Shown here piece by piece: positions 1 through 12,019 of a stretch of DNA of 64,000 nt. Numbering within the stretch: the stretch's first letter is position 1; the number at the start of each line of letters is the position of its first letter. The notes beneath the pieces were generated by a model. The model made no database searches and was not told the origin of the DNA. It saw only the letters and a program-made list of their open reading frames with translations. The DNA is from Eledone cirrhosa (Eukaryota), in the NCBI GenBank assembly GCA_964016885.1, contig OZ024741.1, positions 78,306,001-78,370,000 of the forward strand, in the 5' to 3' direction. The translations under genes and the position numbers were made by a program.

Positions 1-501
1 AGGGACCGCCGCCTTATTTTCTTTCCTACAAACTAGAACTTTGGTCTTAGACAGATTAATTTTAAGGCCTTTTGATTCTAGGCCGTGCTTCCATGTTTGG
101 AATTTCTTCAGCTTTGAGTGTTAGGTCGTCTGCGTATAGGAGTTCCCATGGGCAGCCGGTCTTGAACTCCTCTGTTATAGCCTGAAGGGCAATAATAAAT
201 AGTAGGGGGCTGAGAACAGAGCCCTGATGGACGCCAGCTTTTACGCTAAACTCTTCACTATATTCGTTGTTAATTCTAACCTCGCTGACTGTTTCTTTAT
301 ACATGGCTTGTATAGCTCTCACAAGCCATTCGTCGACACTTAGTTTTCTAAGGGCCCACCAGATAATGGAACGGGGGACTCTGTCGAAGGCTTTCTCCAA
401 GTCGACAAAAGCTAAGTAGAGGGGTTTACTTTTAGCTAGGTACTTCTCCTGTAGTTGTCGTACAATGAAAAGAGCGTCTGTGGTACTTTTGCCTGACACA
501 A
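1..501 (-). mobile_element. RTE LINE fragment (RT region), 5'-truncated, runs off the window edge
   Basis: Reverse complement matches the full-length LINE at about 23560-24080 (AFVDLEKAFD, GVHQGSVLSP, YADD). A ~20-bp deletion just after YADD causes a frameshift. Confidence 0.95.
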
Positions 502-593
502 ATATATAAATATATATATATTTATATAAATATATATAAATATATATATATTTATATAAATATATATAAATATATATATATTTATATAAATAT

Positions 594-628
<35 letters not shown>

Positions 629-637
629 AATATATAT
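502..637. repeat. (TA)n-type microsatellite with interspersed AAA/TTT
   Basis: Direct reading. It lies between two oppositely oriented LINE pieces. Confidence 0.95.
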
Positions 638-1722
638 ATAAAAGATGTAGTGGGATCACAGGTAAACTAACTAAGAACATAGATTTTACATGTGGCCGGT
701 GTTCTGGTGCAATAAGTAGCAGCAAGTGCCCACAAAATACTAGCTCTTTCAATTGCGCAGAGGGTTCTATAGAAATAGTGGACAGCTTCCGTTACCTGGG
801 CGATAAAATCAGCAGTGGGGGAGGGTGCTCTGAAAGTACTGTAGCTAGAGTCAGAACTGGTTGGAAAAAGTTCAGAGAGCTTATACCACTATTAGCTGCT
901 AAAGGGTTCTCCCTAAAAATGAAAGGCAGGTTGTACGATGCCTGCATACGAACAGCAATGTTGCATGGCAGTGAGACCTGGGCATTGTGTGCAGAGGATA
1001 TACGCAGACTAGAGAGGAATGAAGCTTGCATGCTCCGCTGGATGTGTAACAGTAATATACGTGAACGGCAAAGCATAAACGAACTAAGGAAAAAATTAGA
1101 GATAAGAGGGATCAGATGTTGTTTACTCGAGAGAAGGCTACGTTGGTATGGACACGTGATGCGCAGGAAAGTCGATAGCTGTATAACAAAGTGCAGGGCA
1201 ATAAAGATAGACGGTAGCCACGGAATAGGCAGACCTAGAAAAACCTGGGACGAGCTGATAAACTCCGACCTCACACACTTACACCTCTCCAAGACAATGT
1301 CACTGGACCGAGACCTTTGGCGGTACTCAGTAACAGAGAAGACCCGCCTTGCCAGTAGGCATCTCTAACAAATACACCCCGTCCCGCCACCACCCCCACC
1401 CATCCACACCACCCCGTCCTATGTAAAGTTATGTTGGTGCCGCGCCATCCAGACCGAAACAAATGAGATCGTGTAGGTGTCACGACAAAAAAACACACAG
1501 TCCACGCTGTAATGTGGCCGTGTAGGCAACACGGTAAAAACCTCCCAGACCCACACTGTAAATGTGGTTGGTGTTAGGAAGGGCATCCAACTGTAGAAAA
1601 CCTGCCAGACAGTCCTATGCGAGCAAGACAATCACTCTTGCCTCAAGTGGGACTACCCCCGTCCAAACCCATGCAAGCGTGGAACACGGACGTTAAACGT
1701 TGATGATGATGATGATGATGAT
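638..1722 (+). mobile_element. RTE LINE 3' fragment with 3' UTR and (GAT)n tail
   Basis: Nearly identical to 24163-25250. ORF 778..1368 ends in TRLASRHL. Confidence 0.97.
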
Positions 1723-1995
1723 ATGTAGGAGGTGAGTTTTATTGTAGTACAATATGTTGATTTAAAACTGCACTATCCACAAGTGTTTTTTAACCTTCAT
1801 ATCATGTCTTCCTATTTTATGTGATGAAAACACAAATGTTATTGCATGATGATATTTGTTTTTGAAATGCGCATAATAAAATACATGGAACTCTTTTAAC
1901 CATCTTTTGATCTTATATATTATATATATATATATATATGCAAGCAAGAAAAAGCGGACGTAAAATGATGATGATGATGATATATATATATATAT

Positions 1996-2165
1996 TATCA
2001 TCATCATCATCATCATCGTTTAACGTCTATCTTCCACGCTAGCATGGGTTTAGATGGGAATTGTCCCACTTGAGGCAAGATTGGTCGTCTCGCTCGTATG
2101 GGACTGTCTGGCAGGTTTTCTACGGCTTGATGCCCTTCCTAACACCAACCACGTTTACAGTGTTT
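1996..2165 (-). mobile_element. RTE/SINE 3'-tail fragment
   Basis: (ATC)n followed by the reverse complement of the LINE 3' UTR motifs (ttagatgggaattgtcccacttgagg, tgcccttcctaacaccaacc). Confidence 0.85.
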
Positions 2166-2172
2166 TATATAA

Positions 2173-2217
<45 letters not shown>

Positions 2218-2243
2218 TATATATATAAATATATATATAAATT

Positions 2244-2606
2244 TGTAGATAAATCTACCAAAATAGTGTCCAATCCATATGAAGAACTCAATGTAATCCA
2301 AATATCATGAAAAGAGAAGATGCATTCAAAAATTTTCTATAAAAATCATAGGAAAACAGAGTCAAGATAAATTAATAAAAACAATGAATAAAAACAAAGA
2401 AACAGTTCCTTATATTAAAAAATTCATCATTTTACGATCGTTTCTGGGATGTATATGTGTGTTGGTATGTATATCATATAGATCTATGTAAAAATATTAC
2501 AAATTATCAGAGGAAATATACATCCCAGAAACGATCGTAAAATGATGAAATTTTTAATATAAGGAACTTGTTCTTTGTTTTTATTTCATTGTTTTTATTA
2601 ATTTAT
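2244..2606. mobile_element. Fold-back copy of hammerhead repeat family B (arms 2367-2456 / 2516-2606)
   Basis: Homologous to 47349-47852 and 30576-30740. Both arms keep GAAACGATCGTA but CTGAAGA is lost at the inversion point. (TA)n lies on both sides. Confidence 0.85.
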
Positions 2607-2870
2607 ATATATAAATATATATATCAAAAGAAATCATTAGGATTTCTTTTGAATGAAACAGTTCTAGTCCTGTAGAAGCCATTTCTATATTTATCATGAT
2701 ATATATATATTATATACATAGAGAGGGTACCAATCTGGTGAATCTAGTAGTCCACATGGAAGAAAGAAGTCAATAAAAACAGTCTTATATAAACACACAT
2801 CCAGTTCCATTCTCTCTACAACTACACTCTAGTCACTAGCAGACCCATGGTGAACAAAATGGTTGTTTAC

Positions 2871-3022
2871 CAATTCTTTAATCTGTTTTCAAGGTCACAG
2901 AGCAAATCTTCATTAAAATTCTGTAGTTGTGGAAGGAAATCTAAAATTCGATTCAAGACATCAGTTGGAATTACAGGCCTTCCAGCCTTTTCAGTAGCAT
3001 TAGACACTGCAAGACGGAAATC
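2871..3022 (-). CDS. FGD6: FGD5/6-like RhoGEF exon (DH domain)
   Basis: cttcAG...GTaaac boundaries. DFRLAVSNATEKAGRPVIPTDVLNRILDFLPQLQNFNEDLLCDLENRLKN(W) resembles the FGD6 DH segment as recalled. Phase 0 matches the previous exon. Confidence 0.88.
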
Positions 3023-3714
3023 CTGAAGTGAAGGACAAAGGCATATATCAGTGATTGAAAGCATAGATGAGGTTTTGATGGTAAGACAGGGAAAATAAGC
3101 AAAATATATAGTGGAGTAGGATGTAGTCATGTGACAGGAACACATGAGTTTGATTGACTAGATATCAAGTGTAAGCAAGAATAGTAAAGAGAGAGAGTTA
3201 GAAGTGGGGTACCTCAGAAAAAGTGATGAGAATTTTTATGGTAAGTTCCATGTGAACATCTGTTGAACTAGAGAAGATAGGTTGTATACAAAGTAGTGGT
3301 GGTAGGGTAATTGTATATATAGGGATGAGGAGAAAGAAAGGGTGAGAGAAGAGGGTTAAAAAATATGATGACATAAGTGACACAGTAATAATCCAAAGAA
3401 AGAAGGAAAATAAGAGGAAAGGGGAAATAAATTTAAAATAAACAGAGCTGGGTCTTAGTCGAGCTCCTCTGCAAGATCGGAACATCAGTGGCCTGTCTAA
3501 GGAAGGAGCCCTCTGAGGTGGGGTGGCTGTTGCAGTGGGTGTCACTAGCCATTGTCTGTGGGAATGCTTTTGCGGTCTTGTCTGTGGGTTTCAGCCCCTC
3601 TACTGCTGTGCCCTAGGCCCAGAGCCCAATCAACCCCCCTTCCCATTCCCCTGTGACACTAGAGTCCTTGCCATTCCCTCCTTTGCCTTTTTTCTCTCTT
3701 TTTTCTTTCATCAT

Positions 3715-4042
3715 TTCATTTTACGCTCGCTTTTTCCTTGCTTGCAAGGGTGGGACGGGAACTGATTCTGGCTTGATTTCTACAGCTGGATGCCCTTCCT
3801 AACACCAACCTCATTTACAGTGAGTGCTGGGTGCTTTTTTGCCATGGCACCTCCATGACCACTTTGCATTGGAATGATAGGGACCCCAGTCCCTATCATC
3901 TCATTTCTACAGCTGAGTAAACTGGAACAATGTGAAATAAAGTGTCTTGCTCAAGGAAACAACACATCACCCGGTCTGAGAATTGATCTCACAACCTTTT
4001 GATTGCAAGGCCAATGCTCTAACCACTAAGCCATGTGCCTCC
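3715..4042 (-). mobile_element. tRNA-derived SINE with RTE-like tail (family S1)
   Basis: Head gaggcacatggcttagtggttagagc, then ccttgagcaagacactttatttcac, then LINE-type tail. Homologous to 30745-31076 and 51408-51845. Confidence 0.85.
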
Positions 4043-4193
4043 TTTATATTTTATTATTTTACATTCCATTCTTCTCAATCTAAATTTTCTTTTTTTTCTT
4101 TTTCTATTAAACTGTATTTACATGATATATTCCATAAACAAAATAAATAGAAGAAGGGACCAGAAATAAATAAAGAAAGTGGAGGCCTCTTAC

Positions 4194-4289
4194 CACATTG
4201 ATGAGACAAAGAACACGCACAAAAACTTTTTCTGATGACATGATTTCTTCTGCAATATAGTAGACTTTCTTGGCACTTCGTTTACTCTT
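4194..4289 (-). CDS. FGD6: FGD5/6-like RhoGEF exon (start of DH domain)
   Basis: ttacAG...GTaaga boundaries, 96 nt, phase 0/0. Encodes KSKRSAKKVYYIAEEIMSSEKVFVRVLCLINV, the DH helix 1 EIMSSEKVFV motif. Absent from the ORF track. Confidence 0.9.
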
Positions 4290-4341
4290 CTGTAACAGAA
4301 TGAGGAAGAGATAATGTACAATGGACAGGATAAGGCAGAGG

Positions 4342-4344
<3 letters not shown>

Positions 4345-4399
<55 letters not shown>
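4345..4399. repeat. (GA)n microsatellite
   Basis: Direct reading. Confidence 0.97.
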
Positions 4400-4405
<6 letters not shown>

Positions 4406-4499
4406 GATATTTGTTTGTAAATGATAGAATTGTTACAAATTACAAGCAAGATATAAATTTAAAACAAACATTGCCAACAATGAAGTAAAAGTGAAAATC

Positions 4500-5325
4500 C
4501 AAAAGATTAGGTTTAATATAAGATTTCTCTTTTCCTCTACACTGTATGACCATATCAAAGCTCTGGATGGGGACACCTGAGTGAGGGTGCTTGGATGGAG
4601 GATGCTTGGTAGGGGTTCTTGGGTGAGGTTGCTTGGGTGAGAGTGCCTGATATTGGAAGCTCTAAAGCACCTAATTGCCCAAGTTAACATCACTGACAAC
4701 TTGTTTAGATACATACCAGGAATAGGCTTAGGTGTCAACCAAGAAGAGACTGGTGACAGCTGGAGTGACAGTAAACAGCCTGGAGAGATAGCAATGGGGC
4801 AGCAGTGAGGGTTAGCAGCTCCACCTTGCATCTTCTGAGAACTGACAGTAAGTTATAGGTCAGCATAACAATAGATAGCTCTTAAGGGATTCCTGAGAGA
4901 TGGGAAGGATAAAAATTCCATTTGGATAGGCCAACAGATACTAACACTTGGAAATATATATGGAACAATGACTAAGGAATGTATTTACACTTGTTTTGCT
5001 GGGGGAAAATGGAACCAGAAGTTCACCCTCTGTGCATGAGAAGAGAGAGCCTGGAGCACATCCTCAGCAACTGTCCAAAAGCCAAAGGTGAAGGGTGCTA
5101 TCACAGCTGCCATTGTTGCAACATACTATCTGCAATGGGATTAACCATTACAAAAACCTTTGCTCAGAGAAAAAGACCATCACTTTTGTCAGGGCTGAAG
5201 AGATGCTAAAATCAATTTCCATGATAACCTCATCTGTCCTATTATTAATGATACAAGATTGAGAGCTGAAAGTTGATTTGGTGAGACAGTTGAAACTATT
5301 GTCATAACATTGCTAAGGCCAGACA
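4500..5325 (+). mobile_element. Decayed non-LTR retrotransposon C-terminus (zinc knuckle / restriction-like endonuclease type)
   Basis: Remnant peptides PLC..ESLEHILSNCPKAKGEGCY and LRPD, with multiple stops. Confidence 0.5.
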
Positions 5326-5500
5326 AGGAGTAATGTAAGTGTTTTAACAGTGTATTAGTAAGACAAGAAATGGTGTAAGTGTTATAGCAAAGTATTTGTA
5401 AGACAAGGAATGGTGTAAGTGCTATAGCAGAGTATTAGTAAGACAAGGAGTAATGTAATTAGTAAGATATGAGTAATGTAAGTGTTATCACAGTGTATTA
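5320..5500. repeat. ~41-bp tandem repeat, about 4 copies, next to the splice donor
   Basis: agacaaggagtaatgtaagtgttatagcagagtattagta-like units. Confidence 0.85.
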
Positions 5501-5511
5501 GAATAACTTAC

Positions 5512-7784
5512 AGCATGTTCTGTTTCATCTTCTTCAGAGGAATCAGTACCTGAACTGAGAATGGAATTGGTATTTGGCATTTCAGCACTTCCTGAACCAC
5601 TATCTGAGGGCAAACTCATGAGACTGATTGAGCTCAATGGTCGATCATGCTTGAACGTGGGGCTCTTGTTTGAGATATCATTAATAATGTGCAGTTCAGG
5701 GTGACCAGTTTTAAGGGAAGTATTTACAAAACCTTTGTTGGTTTTTACAGGTATTTCTTTTAATAAGCCATTATATTGTTGATCAGATATAAGTGACTCT
5801 TGGCTATCAGCATTGGCTTTGTCTGCCATATCGTCCTCATTATAATTACGTGGAGGCACACGAGGTGGTGTTGGACTATGCTCTTTTGATTTGTTCTGTG
5901 GTACAGGGGAAGGAGAGTTGCAAGATAATTTGGGAGGGTGAAAAAAGTCTGTTACACCAGTATCAGTGATTTTTTCTGTAACACTGCCTCCATCTTCACT
6001 ATTTGAGCTTGTATCATCACTTTTAGTGCAAGGTGATTTTCTCTGTTCCTGTTCTCGACCATACCACCTGCGAGGTGGGGGAGGAACAGAGCTTTTCGAT
6101 ATGTTTGGGGAAGAGGCATCTGGTCGGTTGATCATTTTGTTACCTCCTCGAGTTGTTGGGGGGCTAGATGTTGACATGTCAGTGGCTTTCTGAAAGCTTT
6201 GACTTTGAGACCGACTTCGATTATTTTCTACATCTTGGCTATCGCTGCGATGGTCTGCAGCATCAGAACGACACCGCCGTAGAAGATTTTTGCGTTGAGG
6301 TTTTGGAGGGCCAGTTTTTCGAGTTTCAGGCTTCTGTCTTGTTAATATAGGTGCTCCAAGTTCTTGAGCTTGTTGGGAAGATGTGAAGTCAACGTGCATA
6401 AACTGGATGTCGGATGCTGTCAACCTAGAATGAGATCGCTTGATTTCCTCATGTTTGGGCCGAGGTGGTCGAGCAGGAGGTTTTGGAGGAGTTAAATTGC
6501 TGACATTCGTGTTAAGAAGGTCAAAAGGAAAATTGTTTGTTCGTATTTTATGTGGTAAGTGCACTTGCTCTTCGGGTTCTTGCCAACTTTTGAAGTATGT
6601 TTGGAACACGCTGATTCTATCAACAGAAGCTGACCTGAGTTTATAATCTCTAACTGGGACTTCAGGGGCTCGCCGCCGAGACCTTTCTGAAGATACCAAG
6701 TTGTCAACGTTTGGTTGAGACTTTAATATATTATTTACACATTCCTCAAATCGTTGTAATGATGTGTCTTCACTGTCTATTTCTTTATAGATACTTTCAT
6801 TGTTTACTGAATGGTTGACATGAGTTGGTTCCGAATGTGTTGATTCTAGTGTTGGGGGCTCACTGAGTGGTTGTGCTATAATGCTGTTCAGTTCATTTGT
6901 TGAACTTGCATCAGAATGGTAATCTGTTGTTGACGGTGCACCACTGTCACCAACAGATTCTGTAGAGTTCTGCCGTTGTAATAGTGAAAGTCGCCGTACA
7001 GGCACGGGACGTTCCCGAGGTTTTGGTCTAGGCTTTGGTTTCACAGGTGGAAGTGGTGGTGTTCTCCTGGTTTCTAAGTTATGTAATTGACTATGTTCAA
7101 AGGAACTTTTATGTGTGGGGTTTTGTTTGTTGTCTGATATTTTCTGGCCAATGATGTTGTTATTATTGTTTTTATCATTATTTAAAGTGTCTAATCGTTC
7201 AGCATCAACAGTGCTTGAAGAATATGACCGACTCTTCACTGTGCTGAAAGTTAGCTTGGTAGCAACTGTTTTAGATGAGAGCAATGATGAGCTTATGGTT
7301 CTTGTGATGACTTTCCTAGAATTTACCTGTGGGATATCAGTTTTGGAGGACAGTTGCTTTTCATCTTTCTTTTCCTTGTCAAAGGTATTAATGTTACTGT
7401 TACCGTTGTTGTTGTTATTATTATTGTTGTTGTTATCGTTAGGTATACAAGTAGTACTAGTTGTGGTAGAAATACTGGTAGAAGTGTTGTTCATGTGGCT
7501 GAGGTTGGTGTTGTTGAGTACGGAATTTAAAATCTTAGTCTGGATGTCATTTTTAGGGAATGGCGATTTCTTCACGGTCACTGGAGTAGAACTTGATGAA
7601 TTGGAAGCAGCACTTCTGGGCGGGTCTGTCCCTGTTGGTTTCTTTAAAGTAGGATGTGGGGGTGTTGTATCTTTGGGTGGTAGTTGTGGTGGTGATGATG
7701 TTGATGATAAAGATGATGATGATGATGATGGCGATGGTGATGATGATAAAGGTGAAGTCGGTGGAGGTGGTGCTTTTCCTTTAC
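5512..7784 (-). CDS. FGD6: FGD5/6-like RhoGEF large Pro/Ser-rich exon (2273 nt)
   Basis: ttttgcAG acceptor at 7785-86 and GTaagt donor at 5510-11. Open frame with phase 1/0, consistent with both neighbours. Contains ORF 5488..7581 with PxxP-rich motifs. Confidence 0.9.
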
Positions 7785-7984
7785 CTGCAAAATAATTAAA
7801 AACAAAAATAAATAAATATAACCAAAATGCAGTTTAAATGTTTATAATTTAACATGGAAGGGACTGTCTTAGAGAATGTCTTTGTAAAGAATCGATTAGA
7901 AAGGAGGAGAATGAAAGTGAAAGACAGTGAAAATAAGTGAGAATTAGAATTGGAGACAGAGAAAAGGTAAAAGGACTCTAAAAC

Positions 7985-7989
7985 AGAGA

Positions 7990-8081
<92 letters not shown>
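7985..8081. repeat. (GA)n microsatellite
   Basis: Direct reading. Confidence 0.97.
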
Positions 8082-8085
<4 letters not shown>

Positions 8086-8905
8086 GAAACTTCTATTCTT
8101 TGTATATGCAAATGCATAAGCTTCTATTTGTCTGTATGTGTGAGGAGGGTGATAGCTGTGCAAGGTGTTAGAGGTATTAGTATACTGTCTGAAAAGTCAG
8201 TTCATATCACATCCACAACACAACTCTGTATCTATGGTTGAATCATTTAATTCTCACTGACTCAGTCTTACTAGCTGTAAAATAAATATTGGGTAGTGGG
8301 GGAGATGTAGGTCACATAGTATTGAGTGCATGGCCGAATTGTTTATCTCTCACTGTCTCCAGCTGTAAAACAGATGTCATGACCAGAGAGGCACAGTTCA
8401 CACAGAATTGTGTCAATGGTTAAATTGTTTATATCTCAGTGCCTCAGTTCAATTAACTGTAAACCAGGTGCCAATGGGAAGAACACCTTTAAGAAAAGAA
8501 AACTGGAATGAATTTGACTCAATCAGAGTTGTCCTGGATCTAAACAACATGACATATCTGGTGAAGGTCAGTCAACATTGCATTGTGTTCATCAAGTCAC
8601 TTAACTGTCACTGGTTTAATTCATCTAGCTGTAAAACAGGTGACATAGTTGATGAGATTCAATTGACATTGTCTTGTGTTTACTGACAAGTCACTTCACC
8701 ATCACTGGCTCAATTTATCTAGCTATAACATGTGCCTTGATAATTCAGCAGAATGAAATAGAACACAGTGTGCCCTATGGGCTGTGGATCAAACTTACTA
8801 ACCACTATGCTATACACCTTCGTTGTCTACAGTCACCTAAAAAACAAATTGGCCTGAGAGAAATAGATAGAAAGAAGGAAAGAAGAAGAAGAAAAAGAAA
8901 ATTAC

Positions 8906-9090
8906 CTGAAGAATCTAAAGTAATTCTCTGATTGGTTGATGTTAATTCTCTGCTGACTCTCTTTGATGTAAGTGGTTTGACGTGAGCAATAGGTGGCTTT
9001 TTGGGAATTGTTACATTCGGTTTTATTGGAAGAGGAGGGCGTGGTTTGTTTGGTAAAGGAGGTTTAGTCTTATGACGATATGGAATGGGT
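8906..9090 (-). CDS. FGD6: FGD5/6-like RhoGEF exon (Pro-rich N-terminal region)
   Basis: ctcttcAG...GTaatt, 185 nt, phase 2/1. PIPYRHKTKPPLPNKPRPPLPIKP...LDSSG splices in frame to the 7784 exon. Confidence 0.85.
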
Positions 9091-10794
9091 CTGAAGAGAA
9101 AGTAAAAAATAAAATAAAAAATTAGAAAATTAATAAAATGCATTTCAAACTTAAATAAAATATCCACAGTAATGTTTTTATTTTCATCTGAAAAAAACAA
9201 AAAAACAGAAAGATGGCTGGACACATTTCTCACAAATGTGTGGCCACTTCTTGATAAAAATTCTTACATCCATCTACTAAAAATAACATATGAAGGCTTA
9301 AAAGCTTCCTTCAAGTGTGATACTGATATTTCAACATCTATAGATATACAGAAAATATATTTTTGCTATCATGCTGTTATGCACTGTCATCGCAACCTTG
9401 ATATACAAGAAAGATCAAGAACTATGTGAGATTTAAAACAGAGAATTATAGGGAGTTAAGCAGAAGAAGCAGAGTACTCCAAAGGTGGATAAACTATTTT
9501 GAATCTCAATTAAGTTGATGACATACCAATCACCAGTTCCAACATTAGAAAACTCCAACAGTTTATAATAATGAAATTATTGTGTAACAGAAGTAGGTCT
9601 GTAAATATACACAGCAAGAATGGAATGTATGTCCATATTTAATGACAATAATAAATTAAGCATGACAATCAATGGGAAATAAATCAATGAATTTGTATAA
9701 TTGGGTTAAATGGTCCAGCACAAGTAACCACTCCATTGTAGTAAGTCATACATGGGGTACATACATATTCTCTTAAGCCCCTTCAGGTTCCCTTAGCCAT
9801 TTATTGGCTGTCTTTTGTGCTTCATTTTAATATATAATTTTTTTATTTAGCAACGCCTGAGTGAGACAAACATTTTTCTATTCCAAATTTCTTTAAAATG
9901 TCCTTTAACAAACTTAGCATCTTTCCTCTGTTTTTTTTTTTTTATGTGATTTAACAAACTTTAATATTTACTTCGTACATTTCTGTTCTATTATTAGTAA
10001 AAGTGTGATGTAGAATACATATTCTCTTAAGCCTGTTCAGATTCCCTTAATCATTTATTGGCTGTCTCTTATGCTTTGTTTTAATATTTAGTTATTTTAT
10101 GAGTGAGTCAAACATTTTTCTATTCCAAATCTCTTTAAAATGTTCTTTAACAAACTTAGTGTCCTGATCTTTTATAAATCAATGAACTTGTATGATTGAG
10201 ACATAAATTATCCAGTATAAATTACCACTCCATTGCAGCAAGTCATAGGATTCCCCAAGATTGTGCTGCATTCAGCAAGAAATAACACATCTGGAAATCA
10301 ATGAGAATCTCTGTGAAAATCAAGAAAAAGTTCTACAATACTCATATTGTTCTATTCTCTATACTAAGCCTTTCATTCATAGGATGGAGGTCTTCCAAAC
10401 TACGTTAGGTGCTTTATTACAGGATATAGGCTAACTGACCACAAACATATCACTGACCTTCAAGATGTGTCCAGCCTTACCTCCATCAAGTCTATAACTC
10501 TAGAACTTTTGGGGCACATTAAAAAATCACCTAAAGGCTGGTCTAAGGTAAATCTTGACGGACTGGTTGAAGGTAGAAGAAATTATGGTGTATTTAAATG
10601 GGGGGATAACATTAGAGATTGGTGTGACCCTGAAACTGGACCTCAATAAACCCTACCAGTAAATACATAAATAAATAAAGGGTGGGTGGGCAACCTGCAA
10701 AATTTGCAAAGCAAAATGTAATGACAAATGTACTAGTTCTTGTGGCTAATAAAGAATAAGTTGTTGTTAGAGCAGTGGATTAGCAGAATCATTA

Positions 10795-11030
10795 TAAAAG
10801 AGCACCTAGTCCACACTGTAAAGTGGCCATGTAGGTGCCACGATAAAAAACACCTAGTACTCACTGTAAATGAGGTTGGTGTTAGGAAGGGCATTCAGCT
10901 GTAGAGATCAAGCCAGAATCAGTTTGTATGAGTAAGACATAGTCACCTGACCTGGCATTGCCCACAATAGGACAACTTGTCTAACCCATGCTAGTGTGGA
11001 AAAATGGACATAAAAAAGTGATGATGATTA
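10795..11030 (+). mobile_element. RTE/SINE 3'-tail fragment
   Basis: gttggtgttaggaagggc...aacccatgctag...(tga)n. Confidence 0.75.
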
Positions 11031-12019
11031 TAGTGTCAAACAAAATGCTTTACACTATTTGTTCCGGACTTGATAAAATAAACTACCAGTCAAGTACTGG
11101 AGTTGATACAATCAACTGCTCACTCCTTATGTAACAAACTAGAATAAATGCTGGTGTTGACATAATTGACTAAAAGCTTTGAAGATGGTGTCCCAGTATG
11201 GCTGTAGTCCCATGACTGAAACCAGTAAGAATAAAAGAATTTAAAAAAATAGCTTAAATATGACTGTGCACAACCACCACCACCCAACCATCTACCCTTG
11301 TCTATGACTTCTCTATCATCACCACCGCTCCATCTGTCAGTACCCCTCTCTGCTACAAACACTAATGCAACTACAACCTCTATGCTCCACTCCCTATCTA
11401 CCAGCACCAGAACCACACCAATCTAACAGAATGTCTGCTACAAGAAAATTACTAAAAATATATATATATACTATGTAAGCAGTTGTATTAGCATTGGCAT
11501 AGTGTGAATCATAATAGTGTTGTATATTGAAGCATATACGATGTTTAAGAATGATAAACTTCCTTTTAGCCTTGCTATGAGATTTCTTAATATGCTTTAA
11601 TCATGCCACCACTATCTCAGCAACGGCAAATTAAAAAAAATCTCATTGGGAGGCTAAAAGGATGTTTATTATAAATATGCTTCCATATATACAACCCTAT
11701 TGTGATTCATTCTATGTCGGTGTTAATACTATTGCTTATTAGTTTGAACTGCTTAGCAAATTTCATAAAAATGTCCTTTAACAAACTTAGTGTCCTGATC
11801 TTTTATAAACATTTTTCCCAACCGCCCTCCCCTACTCACCACCATAGCACAGTCCAATGAAAAAGCAGAATGCCATCTTGGAAACCTAACCGTATCACCT
11901 ACACACCCCACACACCAAATATCGCTAACTGGAAAATAATATTCATAATAAACAAGGTCCCAATTGAAACACCCAGCCCTCGTTGCATCCAACACCTGAA
12001 TTGAGGATGCACTCTTGTC

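Noticed and set aside
7115-7795. 226-aa plus-strand ORF and other small ORFs over the large exon
   Set aside because: Antisense shadow of the low-complexity RhoGEF exon.
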